Of a stretch of DNA of 64,000 nucleotides, positions 19,207-29,800 are shown piece after piece (the first letter of the stretch is position 1; each line of letters starts with the position of its first letter). This DNA is from Bdellovibrionales bacterium (GTDB taxonomy: Bacteria; Bdellovibrionota; Bdellovibrionia; Bdellovibrionales; JAGQZY01): positions 32,001 through 96,000 of the forward strand of contig CAXRHT010000002.1 of assembly GCA_964230645.1 (NCBI GenBank), written 5' to 3'. The translations under genes and the position numbers were made by a program. Below the pieces are notes generated by a model. The model was not told the origin of the DNA and did not search any database. It worked only from the letters and a program-made list of their open reading frames with translations.

Positions 19207-19458
19207 ATGGGTTACGATCCATCTAGTCTTAGGGATTTAGTTGATTTTATGGCAAGAGCTCTTGTCGATAATCCCGACGACGTCGAAGTTAATGAAGTGG
19301 TTGGAGAGCAGACAACAGTTGTTGAGCTTTCTGTGTCCAAAGATGACCTAGGTAAGGTGATCGGTAAACAAGGACGCACAGCCAAATCTATGAGAACAAT
19401 TCTAAACGCGGCTAGTACAAAGCTTCAGAAGAGATCTGTTCTTGAGATCATGGAATAG
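19207..19458 (+). CDS. khpA: KH-domain RNA-binding protein (KhpA/YlqC)
   Basis: [19 protein letters not shown]; conserved position after rpsP. Confidence 0.93.
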   Translation: MGYDPSSLRDLVDFMARALVDNPDDVEVNEVVGEQTTVVELSVSKDDLGKVIGKQGRTAKSMRTILNAASTKLQKRSVLEIME

Positions 19459-19489
19459 CTTAGGCACTGTTTTTAAATTGAAACCCTTT

Positions 19490-19520
19490 AAAAAAGGCGC
19501 TTAGAAAAGCGCCTTTTTTT
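19490..19520 (+). terminator. Intrinsic terminator
   Basis: AAAAAAGGCGCTT-AGA-AAAGCGCCTTTTTTT. Confidence 0.88.
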
Positions 19521-19741
19521 ATTGGGTAAAAATTTCAGAGTAAACCACATTCTTGTAAATATTCGCTATTTACACTTATGTCATCCCCTTTTACATCCTT
19601 CGTCAATTTGAGTACGGATGTATTATTTTAACTTCACTGATTTTATTTCAAGTTGATCCTCTCTGATCCCTCAAGTAGATTTGCCCTCTTAATAGTGACA
19701 GTTTCTTAAAAGAATGGATCGGTTCCTCTGAAGGAGATTTA

Positions 19742-20278
19742 ATGACCTTTGTCAAAGTCGGTAAAATTCATTCCGCCCAAGGGATAAAGGGAAAGCTCTT
19801 TGTGCTTATCTTTGCGGGAGAGGCTCATTGGGCCGACCGGTGGGAAGTTCTGTATTCCTCAGATCGTGAGAGTGAGAGTCCCGACCGAGAGACCCCTATT
19901 GAGAGCTTCAAGCCCCATAGTAAGCAAAAGAAGTGGGGCTTTATGGTTGATGTCAAAGGTGTGGCCGATCGTACAGAGGCTGAGAAATGGGTGGGCCGAG
20001 AGGTCTTTGTGCCCGAGTCTTTTTTGATCTCTGAGGAAGGGGAAGAAATTTACCTTCGTGAGGTTTTAGGTTTTGAGGTGATCGATCAGAGCCGAGGGAC
20101 AGTGGGTGAGGTCATAGGTTTTGCCGGTAATGATTTTCAGGACCTTCTTATCATTAAGGGAGATAAGGGAGAGTTCGAAGTGCCCTTCGTAGAACCTCTC
20201 TTAATAGAAATCGACAAAGACAAAAAACAAATTGCTATGGATATTCCCCAAGGGCTTGTAGCCGGGGAGGAGCTTTGA
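19742..20278 (+). CDS. rimM: Ribosome maturation factor RimM
   Basis: VGKI...GIKG, DR..AE, PRC-barrel with VPFV; operon context. Confidence 0.95.
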   Translation: MTFVKVGKIHSAQGIKGKLFVLIFAGEAHWADRWEVLYSSDRESESPDRETPIESFKPHSKQKKWGFMVDVKGVADRTEAEKWVGREVFVPESFLISEEGEEIYLREVLGFEVIDQSRGTVGEVIGFAGNDFQDLLIIKGDKGEFEVPFVEPLLIEIDKDKKQIAMDIPQGLVAGEEL

Positions 20279-21087
20279 GGTGGCACATTATCACTTTAAT
20301 GGAGGATATGATCCATCAGGGTCTCTCTCATGGAGTTGTCGGCAAGGCCTTTACAAAAAACTTAGCCTCTTATGAAGTTATTAACCCAAGAGAGTTCACC
20401 TCAGATGTTCATCAAAGTGTCGACGATCGCCCCTTTGGAGGGGGAGATGGCATGCTTATGATGGCTGAACCTCTGCAACAGTCTTTGGATAGCATTGAAA
20501 CTAGGGGCGCCTGTTACTATTTAAGTCCACAAGGAAAACCTTGGGATGACAAAATGGCCCTTGAGATGAGTGAGCAAAAAGAGGTCACCCTTCTCTGTGG
20601 TCGCTACGGTGGGGTGGATCAAAGGTTTCTAGAAAAAAACAATATCAAAGAAATTTCCATTGGAGATTATGTCTTAAGTGGAGGGGAGTTGGCAGCCCTT
20701 GTGGTGATAGACACTGTGATGAGAAAAATTCCCGGGGTGCTGGGGCATGTGAGCTCCGCCCTAAAAGATAGCTTCTCGGATCTTCTTTTAGAGGCTCCTT
20801 ATTTCACCAGGCCTCAGGAGTGGGAAGGGATGGCAGTGCCCTCTGTTCTTTTAAGTGGTGATCATAAAAAAATTGCCGAGTTTCGAGATCGTTGCGCTCA
20901 AGTTGTGACCTTGTTAAAACGACCGGATCTTTATAAGAAATGGATTTCTAAGAAAAACGTTCCACTTTTAGAGCAAAAAAATGATCTGCAGAAGTTTTTA
21001 GGGACTCTTTCTGATAGCGAAAAACATGTCTTGGGTATTGATAAAAATAGGGTCGAAAAGGCCTTCGGAGAAATAGAGAATGGATAA
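20275..21087 (+). CDS. trmD: tRNA (guanine37-N1)-methyltransferase
   Basis: VDDRPFGGGDGM, YLSPQG, CGRYGG.D.R, SIGDYVLSGGE, VP.VLLSGDH. Confidence 0.98.
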   Translation: MRWHIITLMEDMIHQGLSHGVVGKAFTKNLASYEVINPREFTSDVHQSVDDRPFGGGDGMLMMAEPLQQSLDSIETRGACYYLSPQGKPWDDKMALEMSEQKEVTLLCGRYGGVDQRFLEKNNIKEISIGDYVLSGGELAALVVIDTVMRKIPGVLGHVSSALKDSFSDLLLEAPYFTRPQEWEGMAVPSVLLSGDHKKIAEFRDRCAQVVTLLKRPDLYKKWISKKNVPLLEQKNDLQKFLGTLSDSEKHVLGIDKNRVEKAFGEIENG

Positions 21088-21640
21088 AAAGTTGGCGATA
21101 GCTCTTGTGCACCATCCGGTCCTGGATCGGTCTCGAAAAACAGTGGCCACCAATGTCACTAACTTTGATATTCATGATATCGCCCGAGCGGCTCGAACCT
21201 ACGGAGTGGATCATTACTATATAGTGCACCCTATGAAAGAGCAGCTCATGTTTGTCTCCCGCGTGATTGATCATTGGCGTGTTGGGAAGGGTAAAAAATT
21301 CAATCCCATGCGGCGAACAGCACTTACGATGATTGAGCCCATTGAGTCGATCGAAAAAGCCATCACTCATATGGATAGCCCCGATTTGCAGGTGGTGGCC
21401 ACCAGTGCCAAAGAGTCGGCCCTCCTTCCCCAGTGGAGCTTTAAAGAAACCCGTGAAAATCTGCTCAAAAAAGACACCCTTCTTATCTTTGGAACCGGCT
21501 TTGGGCTGAGCGATGAGGCCCTGAAACTCTGTGATAGCTGCATTGAGCCCATCCGGGGGTATGGTGAAGAGGATTACCGTCACTTATCTGTTCGTTCGGC
21601 AGTGAGTATCTGTCTTGACCGCCTCAGGGGAGCATGGTAA
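21080..21640 (+). CDS. SPOUT-class RNA methyltransferase (TrmD-associated family)
   Basis: ALVH.PV, VTNFDIHDIAR..RTYG, FGTG.GL, Y.HLSVRSA..I.LDRL. Confidence 0.9.
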   Translation: MDKKLAIALVHHPVLDRSRKTVATNVTNFDIHDIARAARTYGVDHYYIVHPMKEQLMFVSRVIDHWRVGKGKKFNPMRRTALTMIEPIESIEKAITHMDSPDLQVVATSAKESALLPQWSFKETRENLLKKDTLLIFGTGFGLSDEALKLCDSCIEPIRGYGEEDYRHLSVRSAVSICLDRLRGAW

Positions 21641-21643
21641 ACC
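21615..21643 (+). promoter_or_regulatory. Putative internal sigma70 promoter for rplS
   Basis: TTGACC-N17-TAAACC with extended -10 TG, inside the 3' end of the SPOUT gene. Confidence 0.5.
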
Positions 21644-21666
21644 AACCGTTTTCAAGGAGTAGAACC

Positions 21667-22071
21667 ATGGCGGATCTTGTCAGACAAGCGGTACTAAAGA
21701 ATCAAAATAACAAGGATTTTCCAAAATTCTCATCCGGTGACACAGTCAGTGTTTCGGTAAAAGTTAAAGAGGGTGAGAAAGAAAGAATCCAGGTTTTTAA
21801 GGGTGTGGTTTTAAAAATTCAAGGTTCAGGAACCAATCGCACATTTACCGTGAGAAAGATCTCTGAGGGAATTGGTGTGGAAAGAACTTTTCCTTTCAAC
21901 TCACCGATTGTTGATTCTGTTGAGATCAACGCCTACGGTAAAACCAGACGCTCTCGTTTGTTCTACTTAAGAGCTCTTCAAGGCCGTGCTGCGAAGGTTA
22001 AATCTGAGCTGGCTGTTATGCGTGAGCAAAGAGAAAAAGCCAAAGCTGAGGCTGAGAGCGCTAACAAATAA
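21667..22071 (+). CDS. rplS: 50S ribosomal protein L19
   Basis: [50 protein letters not shown] supports ATG 21667. Confidence 0.98.
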   Translation: MADLVRQAVLKNQNNKDFPKFSSGDTVSVSVKVKEGEKERIQVFKGVVLKIQGSGTNRTFTVRKISEGIGVERTFPFNSPIVDSVEINAYGKTRRSRLFYLRALQGRAAKVKSELAVMREQREKAKAEAESANK

Positions 22072-22096
22072 AGTTTTGTTAAGAAAACACAAGATT

Positions 22097-22131
22097 AAAA
22101 AAACGACGAATAAGAATTCGTCGTTTTTTTT
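22097..22131 (+). terminator. Intrinsic terminator after rplS
   Basis: AAAAAAACGACGAAT-AAGA-ATTCGTCGTTTTTTTT. Confidence 0.88.
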
Positions 22132-22150
22132 GTTTAATGGGGGGGTAAAT

Positions 22151-22777
22151 TTGGGACGAGCGCAAAAATTCGAAATGTTTGATTGGAAAAGTCTGAGTCC
22201 ACAACCAGTGATTGGAGTGGATGAGGTGGGACGGGGCTGTCTCGCCGGACCCGTTTATGCCGCCGCCGTTATTCTTCCCGAAAATAAAGAACTCAAAGGT
22301 CTTACGGATTCAAAAAAACTCTCCGAAAAAAAGAGGGAAATGTTCTCAGAGATCATTTATGAGAGCTGTCAGGTGAGCCTAGGCTTTGCAAGTGTGGAAG
22401 AGATCAACGAGATCAATATTCTCTGGGCCTCACTTCTTGCCATGAAGAGAGCGGTCGAGGGATTGGAAGTTGAAAGTGCCCATGTTCTCGTTGATGGAAA
22501 CAAAAAAATACCTAAGATTGATTTTCCGCAGACGACGCTGATCAAAGGGGATCTTCGCGCCGCACCTGTGGCCGCAGCTTCCATTGTGGCGAAGGTTTTT
22601 AGAGACCGCTTAATGGTAGAGCTCTCGGAAAAGTATCCCGGTTACGGACTAGAAGGACACAAAGGTTATGCCACTTCCACCCATAAAGAAGCCATTTCAA
22701 AATTGGGGCCTCAAAAAGAAATCCACCGAGCCACCTTTGCGGGTGTGCGAGAATTCCTCCCGGGGCCAACTCTGTGA
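22151..22777 (+). CDS. rnhB: Ribonuclease HII
   Basis: [39 protein letters not shown]; start TTG 22151 or ATG 22175. Confidence 0.97.
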   Translation: MGRAQKFEMFDWKSLSPQPVIGVDEVGRGCLAGPVYAAAVILPENKELKGLTDSKKLSEKKREMFSEIIYESCQVSLGFASVEEINEINILWASLLAMKRAVEGLEVESAHVLVDGNKKIPKIDFPQTTLIKGDLRAAPVAAASIVAKVFRDRLMVELSEKYPGYGLEGHKGYATSTHKEAISKLGPQKEIHRATFAGVREFLPGPTL

Positions 22778-23078
22778 AGAGCTGGTCTTAAAGGACCTTC
22801 TTAAGAAGAATTGGAATCTTATCGGGGAAAGAGAGAAGTGGGCGGGTGTCGAACTTGATCTTATCTTAAAGAAAAGTCATTATAAAATCCTTGAAGTGAA
22901 ATCCATACGTCATTTCGATGAGGTCAGCTTCCGAGTGCATCCTAAACAAATCCAGCGCCTTTTATTTGCTCGTGAAACTCTGCAAGAAGCCAAGCAAAGC
23001 CTAGTGGAGCTCGAGTTTGCCTTTGTTTGTGGTGAAAAAATCCTTTATCTGCCCGTGGAATCCTTTCTACAGGACTAA
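22743..23078 (+). CDS. yraN: YraN family (UPF0102) endonuclease-like protein
   Basis: G...E....L...W....R....ELDLI....ILEVK...V..KQ..RL; follows rnhB; start estimated (GTG 22743). Confidence 0.75.
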   Translation: MCENSSRGQLCEELVLKDLLKKNWNLIGEREKWAGVELDLILKKSHYKILEVKSIRHFDEVSFRVHPKQIQRLLFARETLQEAKQSLVELEFAFVCGEKILYLPVESFLQD

Positions 23079-23144
23079 CATCGAGAGAGTGGATCAGGGC
23101 AGCCCATGGTTGCTTTTAAAAAGAAGTTAAGAAACAATAATATT

Positions 23145-23582
23145 ATGAAACCACATCATCGACTCCTACAACTTGTTATTGTGATTTCCCTAGTCATGGC
23201 CTTACCCCAAGGGGCTAAAGCGGATTCTGGTCGGGAGTTTTTATTAAGTTGCACCTATGGAGTTTTAGCAGGTGCCCTTGTGGGGGCTGCGACCTTGGCA
23301 GTTGAAGATAACCCAGGGGACAAGATTCACCGAGTGGCGAGAGGGGCCTCCCTAGGGCTTTACACCGGAATTTTGCTAGGTGTTTATGTGGTGTATGTGG
23401 TTCCAGCCCAGATAGAAGCTGAGCAAAATAACAATCTCGATCAGCAGTACGACAATGTCATTGCCCCAGACGATTATGGTAAAATTCGCTACTACAAGCC
23501 CCCAAAAATGACGGTTTATCCCGTTATCGAGTACTCTCAGGTCACGGGAGCCGCAGTGAACTATAATGTGATGACATTCTAA
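23145..23582 (+). CDS. Hypothetical exported membrane protein (glycine-zipper-like)
   Basis: Signal peptide AKA-D; YGVLAGALVGAA and GASLGLYTGILLG helices. Confidence 0.75.
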   Translation: MKPHHRLLQLVIVISLVMALPQGAKADSGREFLLSCTYGVLAGALVGAATLAVEDNPGDKIHRVARGASLGLYTGILLGVYVVYVVPAQIEAEQNNNLDQQYDNVIAPDDYGKIRYYKPPKMTVYPVIEYSQVTGAAVNYNVMTF

Positions 23583-23612
23583 TAAATCTATTGCAGTCTT
23601 TGCGACATTGTT

Positions 23613-24431
23613 ATGAACTTTTTTGGCTCCCGAGATATCAAACATTATATTGCAAAGTTATTGCCTGAAATCGTTAAAAGCGAGGCTCATTGTCTTGATT
23701 TTCCCTGTGGCAATGGAGAAACCCTGAAAATTTTAAAAGACCAGGGGGCAAAAGTTTATGGGGCTGATCTTTTCCCTGAACTTTGTCGCGTGAGTGATGT
23801 GACGGTAAAAAAAGCGGATCTCAGTCAAACTTTTCCTTTTGAAGATGAGTCTATGGATCTGACCATTTGCCAAGAGGGTATCGAACATGTGGGCAATCAG
23901 AATTTTGTGTTTAACGAGTTCTCTCGAATATTGAAGCCTGGCGGAAAACTCATTCTGACCACTCCGAATTATTCAAAAATTAAATCACGCTTAAGCTATC
24001 TATTAACTGAAAGCGAGTCCTTTAACCGAATTATGCCCCCCAACGAAGTGGAGAGTATTTGGCTCAATACCAGCGAGGATGATCGTCTTTATTTTGGGCA
24101 TGTCTTTTTAACGGGGATCACTCGACTGAGACTTTTTGGAAAGCTCGCCGGCTTTGAACTTAAAAAGGTTCACGACACAAAAGTGAATCACACCTCTTTG
24201 CTTTATTTTCCCTTACTGTACCCTTTGATTTGGCTTTCAAGTTTTCGAACCTATCGGCGATTTGTGCGCAAAAAGGGCAACAAGGATTTGGCGTGGAAAA
24301 TTTTTAAAATCATGACTTCTCCTAAAATTCTTTTAGAAAATCATCTTCTTTTAGAGTTTGAAAAGATAGAAGATCGTCAGCAAGCGATTGAAAAGATTAA
24401 AGCTAAGGGTCACTTTGATATGCAAACTTAA
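23613..24431 (+). CDS. Class I SAM-dependent methyltransferase
   Basis: LDFPCGNG, PFEDESMD...CQEGIEH, RILKPGG.L..TTPN. Confidence 0.9.
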   Translation: MNFFGSRDIKHYIAKLLPEIVKSEAHCLDFPCGNGETLKILKDQGAKVYGADLFPELCRVSDVTVKKADLSQTFPFEDESMDLTICQEGIEHVGNQNFVFNEFSRILKPGGKLILTTPNYSKIKSRLSYLLTESESFNRIMPPNEVESIWLNTSEDDRLYFGHVFLTGITRLRLFGKLAGFELKKVHDTKVNHTSLLYFPLLYPLIWLSSFRTYRRFVRKKGNKDLAWKIFKIMTSPKILLENHLLLEFEKIEDRQQAIEKIKAKGHFDMQT

Positions 24432-24501
24432 GAGATATTCTTCTCGCTCCTAAAAAAACAAAAATTAAAATAAAGAAATCAGTGTGTAGGTAAAATTCTA
24501 A

Positions 24502-26913
24502 TCACTCACCGAATTTAAATTCCATGCTTAAGCTGTAGGTAATGGCTTCACGGTTAAGTGGCTTTTCAAAGCTGGCCAATATAGACCAACACTCACCAGG
24601 AGGAGTGATCACGGTCGCTAGGCTCCAGTAGCGAATTCTTTTGTCAAAATCGGCAACATCAGCATTGAGGCTGTAGGTATCAGAAGGGTTAAGATCGTAC
24701 ATTAGTTGTCCCGACAGGAACACATAGGGGAAGTAAAGACCTGTGTTTAAATTAATAGTTTCTGTACGGGTGTCTTCGTTGACCGGAGGCTCAAGAGGAA
24801 TGGAGTAAAACTTTGTGTAACCAACACCGACATAGTTACGCCCTAAAAAGCGCAGACGGGTGTTGGTGTTCCAAAGTGTTCGCTTGTGGTAAGGGAAGGT
24901 TGTTGTAGAAATTTGTTGGGAGATAGGACCAAAATTAAATTGCGTCAGTGTGTTCAACGACTGCCAAGGTCTTGCGTCGGCTCCTTTACGAAGTTCATAA
25001 ATATCCAGGGTTTGGTAGACATCAAACAGGAAGCGCCTCTGGTAGAGGCTTGAAAGACTATTATAAGACTTATCTTGGGATTTGTCCCGGCTCACCAAAA
25101 TATTAGAGAGTCCTAGAGTAGCGATTTGACGACCGATAATTCGGTCGTTGGCGTCAAATTGCACTCCACGGCCACCTTCGCGCCAATCAACATCCGTGTC
25201 GTCGATGGGTTGCTGTTCACGAAAGTATTTAAGGGATTCTTGGTTTCCGAAAAAGTTGTGATTCGACTTATAAATCTCTGGGATATAGCGAGCTTCAATG
25301 CGGGGAATGATCGAATGTTTTACTCTTGTTTCTGCATCCCAATCAAAGACTTTTGAAAGATAGCTTTTCGCCGAGACATCAAATTGGGTGTAAAAACGGG
25401 AGGGAAACGAGTCGTAGTTTTGATCGGGTTGGGACTGTACACCTAAAGAGTACTGAGTGTAGCGCGCGGCAAAACCAGGATCGATATCAAGAACGTCACC
25501 AATCCAAAAAGGCGCATGTATCCTAGGCATTATATCAAATCTCTGACCAGTGCGAATGAGATCTCCGTAGGCGGCATTGTTCACGACAACCTCATCAGGG
25601 GCGGGGCCGTAGATAAAATCACCATCGGAAAGAGCTGTGGGAAAACACACCTCCGTCTGATTTTCTGAATCAGTGATGTTACCATTTTTATCGATAATCT
25701 TGGTGGTACATTGATCCCCGGCCCTTGTATGCTCATAAGCCAGTCCATTGGCTCTGGCGATGTTGAGGTATTGCATATCCATATTGAAATAGAGATTGAG
25801 ATCCTCTGAAATTTTCTGGTCGGTTAAATTAAAATTAATTTCAGGCAACCGGTGCAAACTTTGATCGTCATCAAAGCGAAATTCTGGCTCGATCTGGCTA
25901 AGGTTAAAATTGGCCTCTAAGCTTAAAAGAGAGGCTTGAAAGGACTTAGACAAAGAAACGTTATTTTGAAGGGCCGGCTCACCATTGTGGGGGAACTGGA
26001 AAAAGTAATCAAAGGCGTATCTTCTGTCACTGGCAAGGGCCAGTCTTGTTCTTTGGGTAAAATCGTCGGGAAGGTCATAGTGATGACCATAGTCGACAAA
26101 CCAGCGGTTTCTTAAAGAAGGGTTCTCAACCGAGCGGTCACGGATAAAACCGGCATTAAGTTCCCCGCTACTTTTTTCTGAAATAACGTAGCGGTAATTT
26201 GTGGTTAATTGAGGGCCTTTGAACTCGTAATTAATAAATGAGATCGTGGCATCATGGGATTCGTCAATGGCCCAGAAAAAAGGAAATTCGACCGAAAACC
26301 CACCGTCGGGACTTGAGAAAGGTTTAGGCACTAAAAATCCAGTTTGTCTTTTGGCATTCAGTGGCACGACCAGGTAGGGGAGAGGAAGAACCGGAAACTC
26401 TAAAAGATGAAGCCAAGGACGGCTAATATAAGCGTAGCCGCCCATCTCAGCATTGACGTTGGCTGCTGTAAACCCCCAAGAGGGTGGGCAAGTGGTACAA
26501 GCGGTGTAGTAGGCTTCATCAGCCTCATACTCATTTTCTCCCACCTTATTGATGACATCAGCCTCAATCAGAACTTGTCCTGAGGTCACTACACCTCCAT
26601 AAATTTTCCCTTTATTGGTGTCGTAGTTAAACTCAATCTTATCCGCTCTGACTGTGGTCTGGGCATTTTGAAGAACCACACTGCCCTCAGCAATCAGGGT
26701 GGATGTTTTTTCATAAACCACCGCCTTTTCACAGAGGAGGTGCTGCTGCTGAAAAATAACATTCACACTGCCTTTAAGTGTCAGAGTTTGGCTGGGGGTG
26801 TCTTTTATCATTTCATCAGCGTCAGCGATGATGGTGGTTGAATTAGGCTGAGCCCATAGGGGAGAGGCTAGGAGGCCAAAAAATAAAATGACAAAGATTT
26901 TAGTAAAAGGCAC
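24502..26913 (-). CDS. lptD: LPS-assembly protein LptD (OstA)
   Basis: Signal peptide, OstA-like N-domain, YTACTTCPPSW, RQTGFL.P, P.FWAI, beta-barrel with C-terminal ECW. Confidence 0.9.
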   Translation of the reverse strand: MPFTKIFVILFFGLLASPLWAQPNSTTIIADADEMIKDTPSQTLTLKGSVNVIFQQQHLLCEKAVVYEKTSTLIAEGSVVLQNAQTTVRADKIEFNYDTNKGKIYGGVVTSGQVLIEADVINKVGENEYEADEAYYTACTTCPPSWGFTAANVNAEMGGYAYISRPWLHLLEFPVLPLPYLVVPLNAKRQTGFLVPKPFSSPDGGFSVEFPFFWAIDESHDATISFINYEFKGPQLTTNYRYVISEKSSGELNAGFIRDRSVENPSLRNRWFVDYGHHYDLPDDFTQRTRLALASDRRYAFDYFFQFPHNGEPALQNNVSLSKSFQASLLSLEANFNLSQIEPEFRFDDDQSLHRLPEINFNLTDQKISEDLNLYFNMDMQYLNIARANGLAYEHTRAGDQCTTKIIDKNGNITDSENQTEVCFPTALSDGDFIYGPAPDEVVVNNAAYGDLIRTGQRFDIMPRIHAPFWIGDVLDIDPGFAARYTQYSLGVQSQPDQNYDSFPSRFYTQFDVSAKSYLSKVFDWDAETRVKHSIIPRIEARYIPEIYKSNHNFFGNQESLKYFREQQPIDDTDVDWREGGRGVQFDANDRIIGRQIATLGLSNILVSRDKSQDKSYNSLSSLYQRRFLFDVYQTLDIYELRKGADARPWQSLNTLTQFNFGPISQQISTTTFPYHKRTLWNTNTRLRFLGRNYVGVGYTKFYSIPLEPPVNEDTRTETINLNTGLYFPYVFLSGQLMYDLNPSDTYSLNADVADFDKRIRYWSLATVITPPGECWSILASFEKPLNREAITYSLSMEFKFGE

Positions 26914-26920
26914 TGATCTC

Positions 26921-29800
26921 CTACTTTGTAGTCATGGTGAAGACACCATCCCAATTTTTTCCTGGAGATTCTTTCATATAATCTTGGCAGCGTTTTATGT
27001 ATAAATGACTGCATTGGTCACTAGCGTCAAAGCTCAGAGCTCTATTAAATTCTTCGATAGCTTTTTCCCATTCTTGCTCGTGATAGAATTCAAAGCCTGA
27101 ATAGAAATGCTCCACCTTTTTTGTCACTTCTTTAGGCACATCTCCCTGAGCCATCAGTTCGTAAATTTTAACAGGCTCATTTTTACCTTTCACTTTCACC
27201 CAGTCAATTTCTCGGTAAAGAAATTCGTCCTTTGAGATCTTCCCGGCAGTGAATTCACTGATAATAATGCGCGTACCATAGAGTTTATTAATTCCCTCAA
27301 GACGTGAGCCTAAATTGACAGAATCTCCCATCACCGTGTAGTTACGCACAGTTTCAGAGCCCATGTTTCCAACACTCATCTCACCCGTATTGATTCCAAT
27401 ACCGATATCGATCATGGGAAGACCACGCTCTTCATAGATTTTTTGAAGCTCAAAAAGTTTATCGATTTGAATAAGGGCTGAGCGGCAGGCCTGGGAGGCA
27501 TGATCTTTTGAGGGAACCGGGGCTCCAAAGAAAGCCATAATCGCATCCCCCATATATTTATCCAGGGTGCCTGAGTTCTTAAAAATAATTTCGGTCATTG
27601 GAGTGAGGTAGTGATTCAAAAGGTCAGAAAGAGCTTTCGGGTCAAGCTTTTCTGAAATCGTGGTGAACCCACGGATGTCGGAGAAGAAAACACTCATCTC
27701 TTGTTTCATTCCACCAAGCTCTAATTTTGAAGGGTCTTTAAGGATCTCGTTTACAATCTCAGGAGACACATACTTTTGAAAAGTTCCTTTGAGTTCTTTT
27801 TTCTTTCTCTCTTCCGTGAAGTATTTAAAAAAGGTGAGGAAAGTATAAAGAAACAAGAGAGTGAAAATAGGAAACAAAATGGTAATGACCGTCCCTTGAG
27901 GGAAGATCAAAAAAGCATCAACAAGATAAACGGAGATCAAAGATATAAATGTAATGATCAAGCCTGGCAAAGCCCCAAAGTAGGAAACAACAAAACTAAA
28001 AACAACACCTAATAGAAATATACCAATTGGCATAAGGTATTCTTCTCTAGGATCTGTTTTTAGAAAATCTTGCCTCAAAAGATTATCGAGCATATTAGCG
28101 TGAGTTTCTACCCCGGGATAATTTTCTTCAAAAGGGGTGACTCGCAGGTCATAGATTCCGGTAGCGGTGGCTCCGAAAACGAAATTTTTATCTTTTAGAT
28201 ATTCTTTCTTGTCGACTTCGAAGACTTGCTCTACCCATTCGCCGTCACTATTTTTTTTCATTTGTTCTACGGTCAAAGTATTCCCGCCATCCAGGATTTC
28301 TGAGGCGCTGAGGTAAGAGAACATTTTCTGTGGACCGGCGTAATTAATAGGTAGCTGGCCCCGGTGGTCTGTAGGGATTGTGAGAACTTCTTTTCCCTCA
28401 CTATTATTAAGTTTTACGTTAGTAACGATATTGGATTCCGCAGGATTTTCATAGGGGTTCGGGATTAGGTTAGCGGTTGGGTAGAGGTCTTTAATGACTA
28501 GAAAAGTCTTAAAGGCAAGACTCGGAATAATAATATTACCACTTCGGACAAATAGTTTAGCTCTTCTAACACTGCCGTCTTTATCCTGAGTGGCATTAAA
28601 AGTTCCAGTATGAACAGTCATCTCAGCGATCGCGGGAATATTAAAAAGCCATCGATCCACATGATGGATAGGGTTGACCAGAGTCGAACTCTTTAAAACA
28701 TAAGAAGCTTGCTCAAAGCTAATCTTAGAGAATTTTTCATACTCTTTTGTAATTTGCGGCCAGTTGTCTTTGAACTTGGGAGTGAGTTCATCTTTGCTGG
28801 TCAGATATCTGAGACAGTAATCGTTGAGCTCTCTTGTCATTTTATCTTTAATTTCAACACGTGTTTGATTGGGGAGAGCTTCACTGAGTTTATTCCAAGT
28901 TAAGTTCCCCTTTTTGCTGTAGTCATCAAAAGCAAAACGATCGCCTTTAATAAAATGGGTGAGGGCTACTAAGCCCTCTTCACTTTCGAAAGAAAGACCT
29001 TGTGATTGAATGTAGGAAACCAGAGGATGATTGGGATTTGATGAGAGCCAATCGGAAGTCACTTCTCGTTGTAGTTCGGCAAAATGCCTAAGAATAATTT
29101 TATGCCAGGTGTGGGGGAGATTGATCTCTGCGGCATTTTGAATGCCGATAAGGTAATCTTCTTTTTCCCAATAATTGTAGACACCGTTACTTTTAGCAAT
29201 ATCAAGAATACAGAGATCCTGGTAAGGATGGGGGCGATAAGAGAACTCATCGTAAACAGCCCCCATGATTAATTGATCGGAGTGTTTATCAATGACCTCA
29301 CTGAGTTTCTTATCATGATCGAAATCGACTTTTTCTTTTTCAAAGACATTGGCGATTAGGCTTTGTTTTTCCGGGATTTGTTGTACTAAGCGTTTTTGAA
29401 CTTGCTCTAAAGAATTCAAAACCGTTTCTTGTTTTTCTGAAAAAATAATATCAAAGGCGATTGTTTTAGCGCCATTTTCCATGATGTCATCAATGACCTG
29501 AGCCATATAGGATCTAGGCCAAGGCCATCTCCCATACTTTTGAATGGCTTTCTCATCAATTGTTAAAACCGCCACGTCATCAGTGCCCGGTCTAGGGCCC
29601 CGTTGTCTCAAGCGAAAATCAATACTCTGATTATGAAGACGTTCGACTTCAGCTAAAAGAGGGTATTGGTCCACGATTTCTGGATCGCGGTAGGACATAT
29701 AATAAAATTTGACTAAACCGGAGAGGAAAAGAGTGAGCAAGCAGCCTACAAACAAAGGGCTTGCCAGCCACGTGGTGATTTTGCCAAAGATGTTTGTCAT
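26921..29800 (-). CDS. CHASE2-domain class III adenylate/guanylate cyclase with C-terminal TPR-like helix
   Basis: IDE..I..YGRWPWPR, FDIIFSE, PGVETHA, 3 TM, FSDIRGFT..SE, DKYMGDAIMA, YTVMGDSVNLGSRLEG, VKGK. Confidence 0.95.
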   Translation of the reverse strand: MTNIFGKITTWLASPLFVGCLLTLFLSGLVKFYYMSYRDPEIVDQYPLLAEVERLHNQSIDFRLRQRGPRPGTDDVAVLTIDEKAIQKYGRWPWPRSYMAQVIDDIMENGAKTIAFDIIFSEKQETVLNSLEQVQKRLVQQIPEKQSLIANVFEKEKVDFDHDKKLSEVIDKHSDQLIMGAVYDEFSYRPHPYQDLCILDIAKSNGVYNYWEKEDYLIGIQNAAEINLPHTWHKIILRHFAELQREVTSDWLSSNPNHPLVSYIQSQGLSFESEEGLVALTHFIKGDRFAFDDYSKKGNLTWNKLSEALPNQTRVEIKDKMTRELNDYCLRYLTSKDELTPKFKDNWPQITKEYEKFSKISFEQASYVLKSSTLVNPIHHVDRWLFNIPAIAEMTVHTGTFNATQDKDGSVRRAKLFVRSGNIIIPSLAFKTFLVIKDLYPTANLIPNPYENPAESNIVTNVKLNNSEGKEVLTIPTDHRGQLPINYAGPQKMFSYLSASEILDGGNTLTVEQMKKNSDGEWVEQVFEVDKKEYLKDKNFVFGATATGIYDLRVTPFEENYPGVETHANMLDNLLRQDFLKTDPREEYLMPIGIFLLGVVFSFVVSYFGALPGLIITFISLISVYLVDAFLIFPQGTVITILFPIFTLLFLYTFLTFFKYFTEERKKKELKGTFQKYVSPEIVNEILKDPSKLELGGMKQEMSVFFSDIRGFTTISEKLDPKALSDLLNHYLTPMTEIIFKNSGTLDKYMGDAIMAFFGAPVPSKDHASQACRSALIQIDKLFELQKIYEERGLPMIDIGIGINTGEMSVGNMGSETVRNYTVMGDSVNLGSRLEGINKLYGTRIIISEFTAGKISKDEFLYREIDWVKVKGKNEPVKIYELMAQGDVPKEVTKKVEHFYSGFEFYHEQEWEKAIEEFNRALSFDASDQCSHLYIKRCQDYMKESPGKNWDGVFTMTTK

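Noticed and set aside
20948..21583. 211-aa antisense ORF, and the other short antisense or alternate-frame ORFs in the track
   Set aside because: They overlap well-supported genes and show no recognisable motifs or SDs
21986..22150. N-terminal extension of rnhB overlapping rplS (possible frameshift fusion)
   Set aside because: Crosses a strong terminator; rplS ends normally and rnhB has its own plausible start
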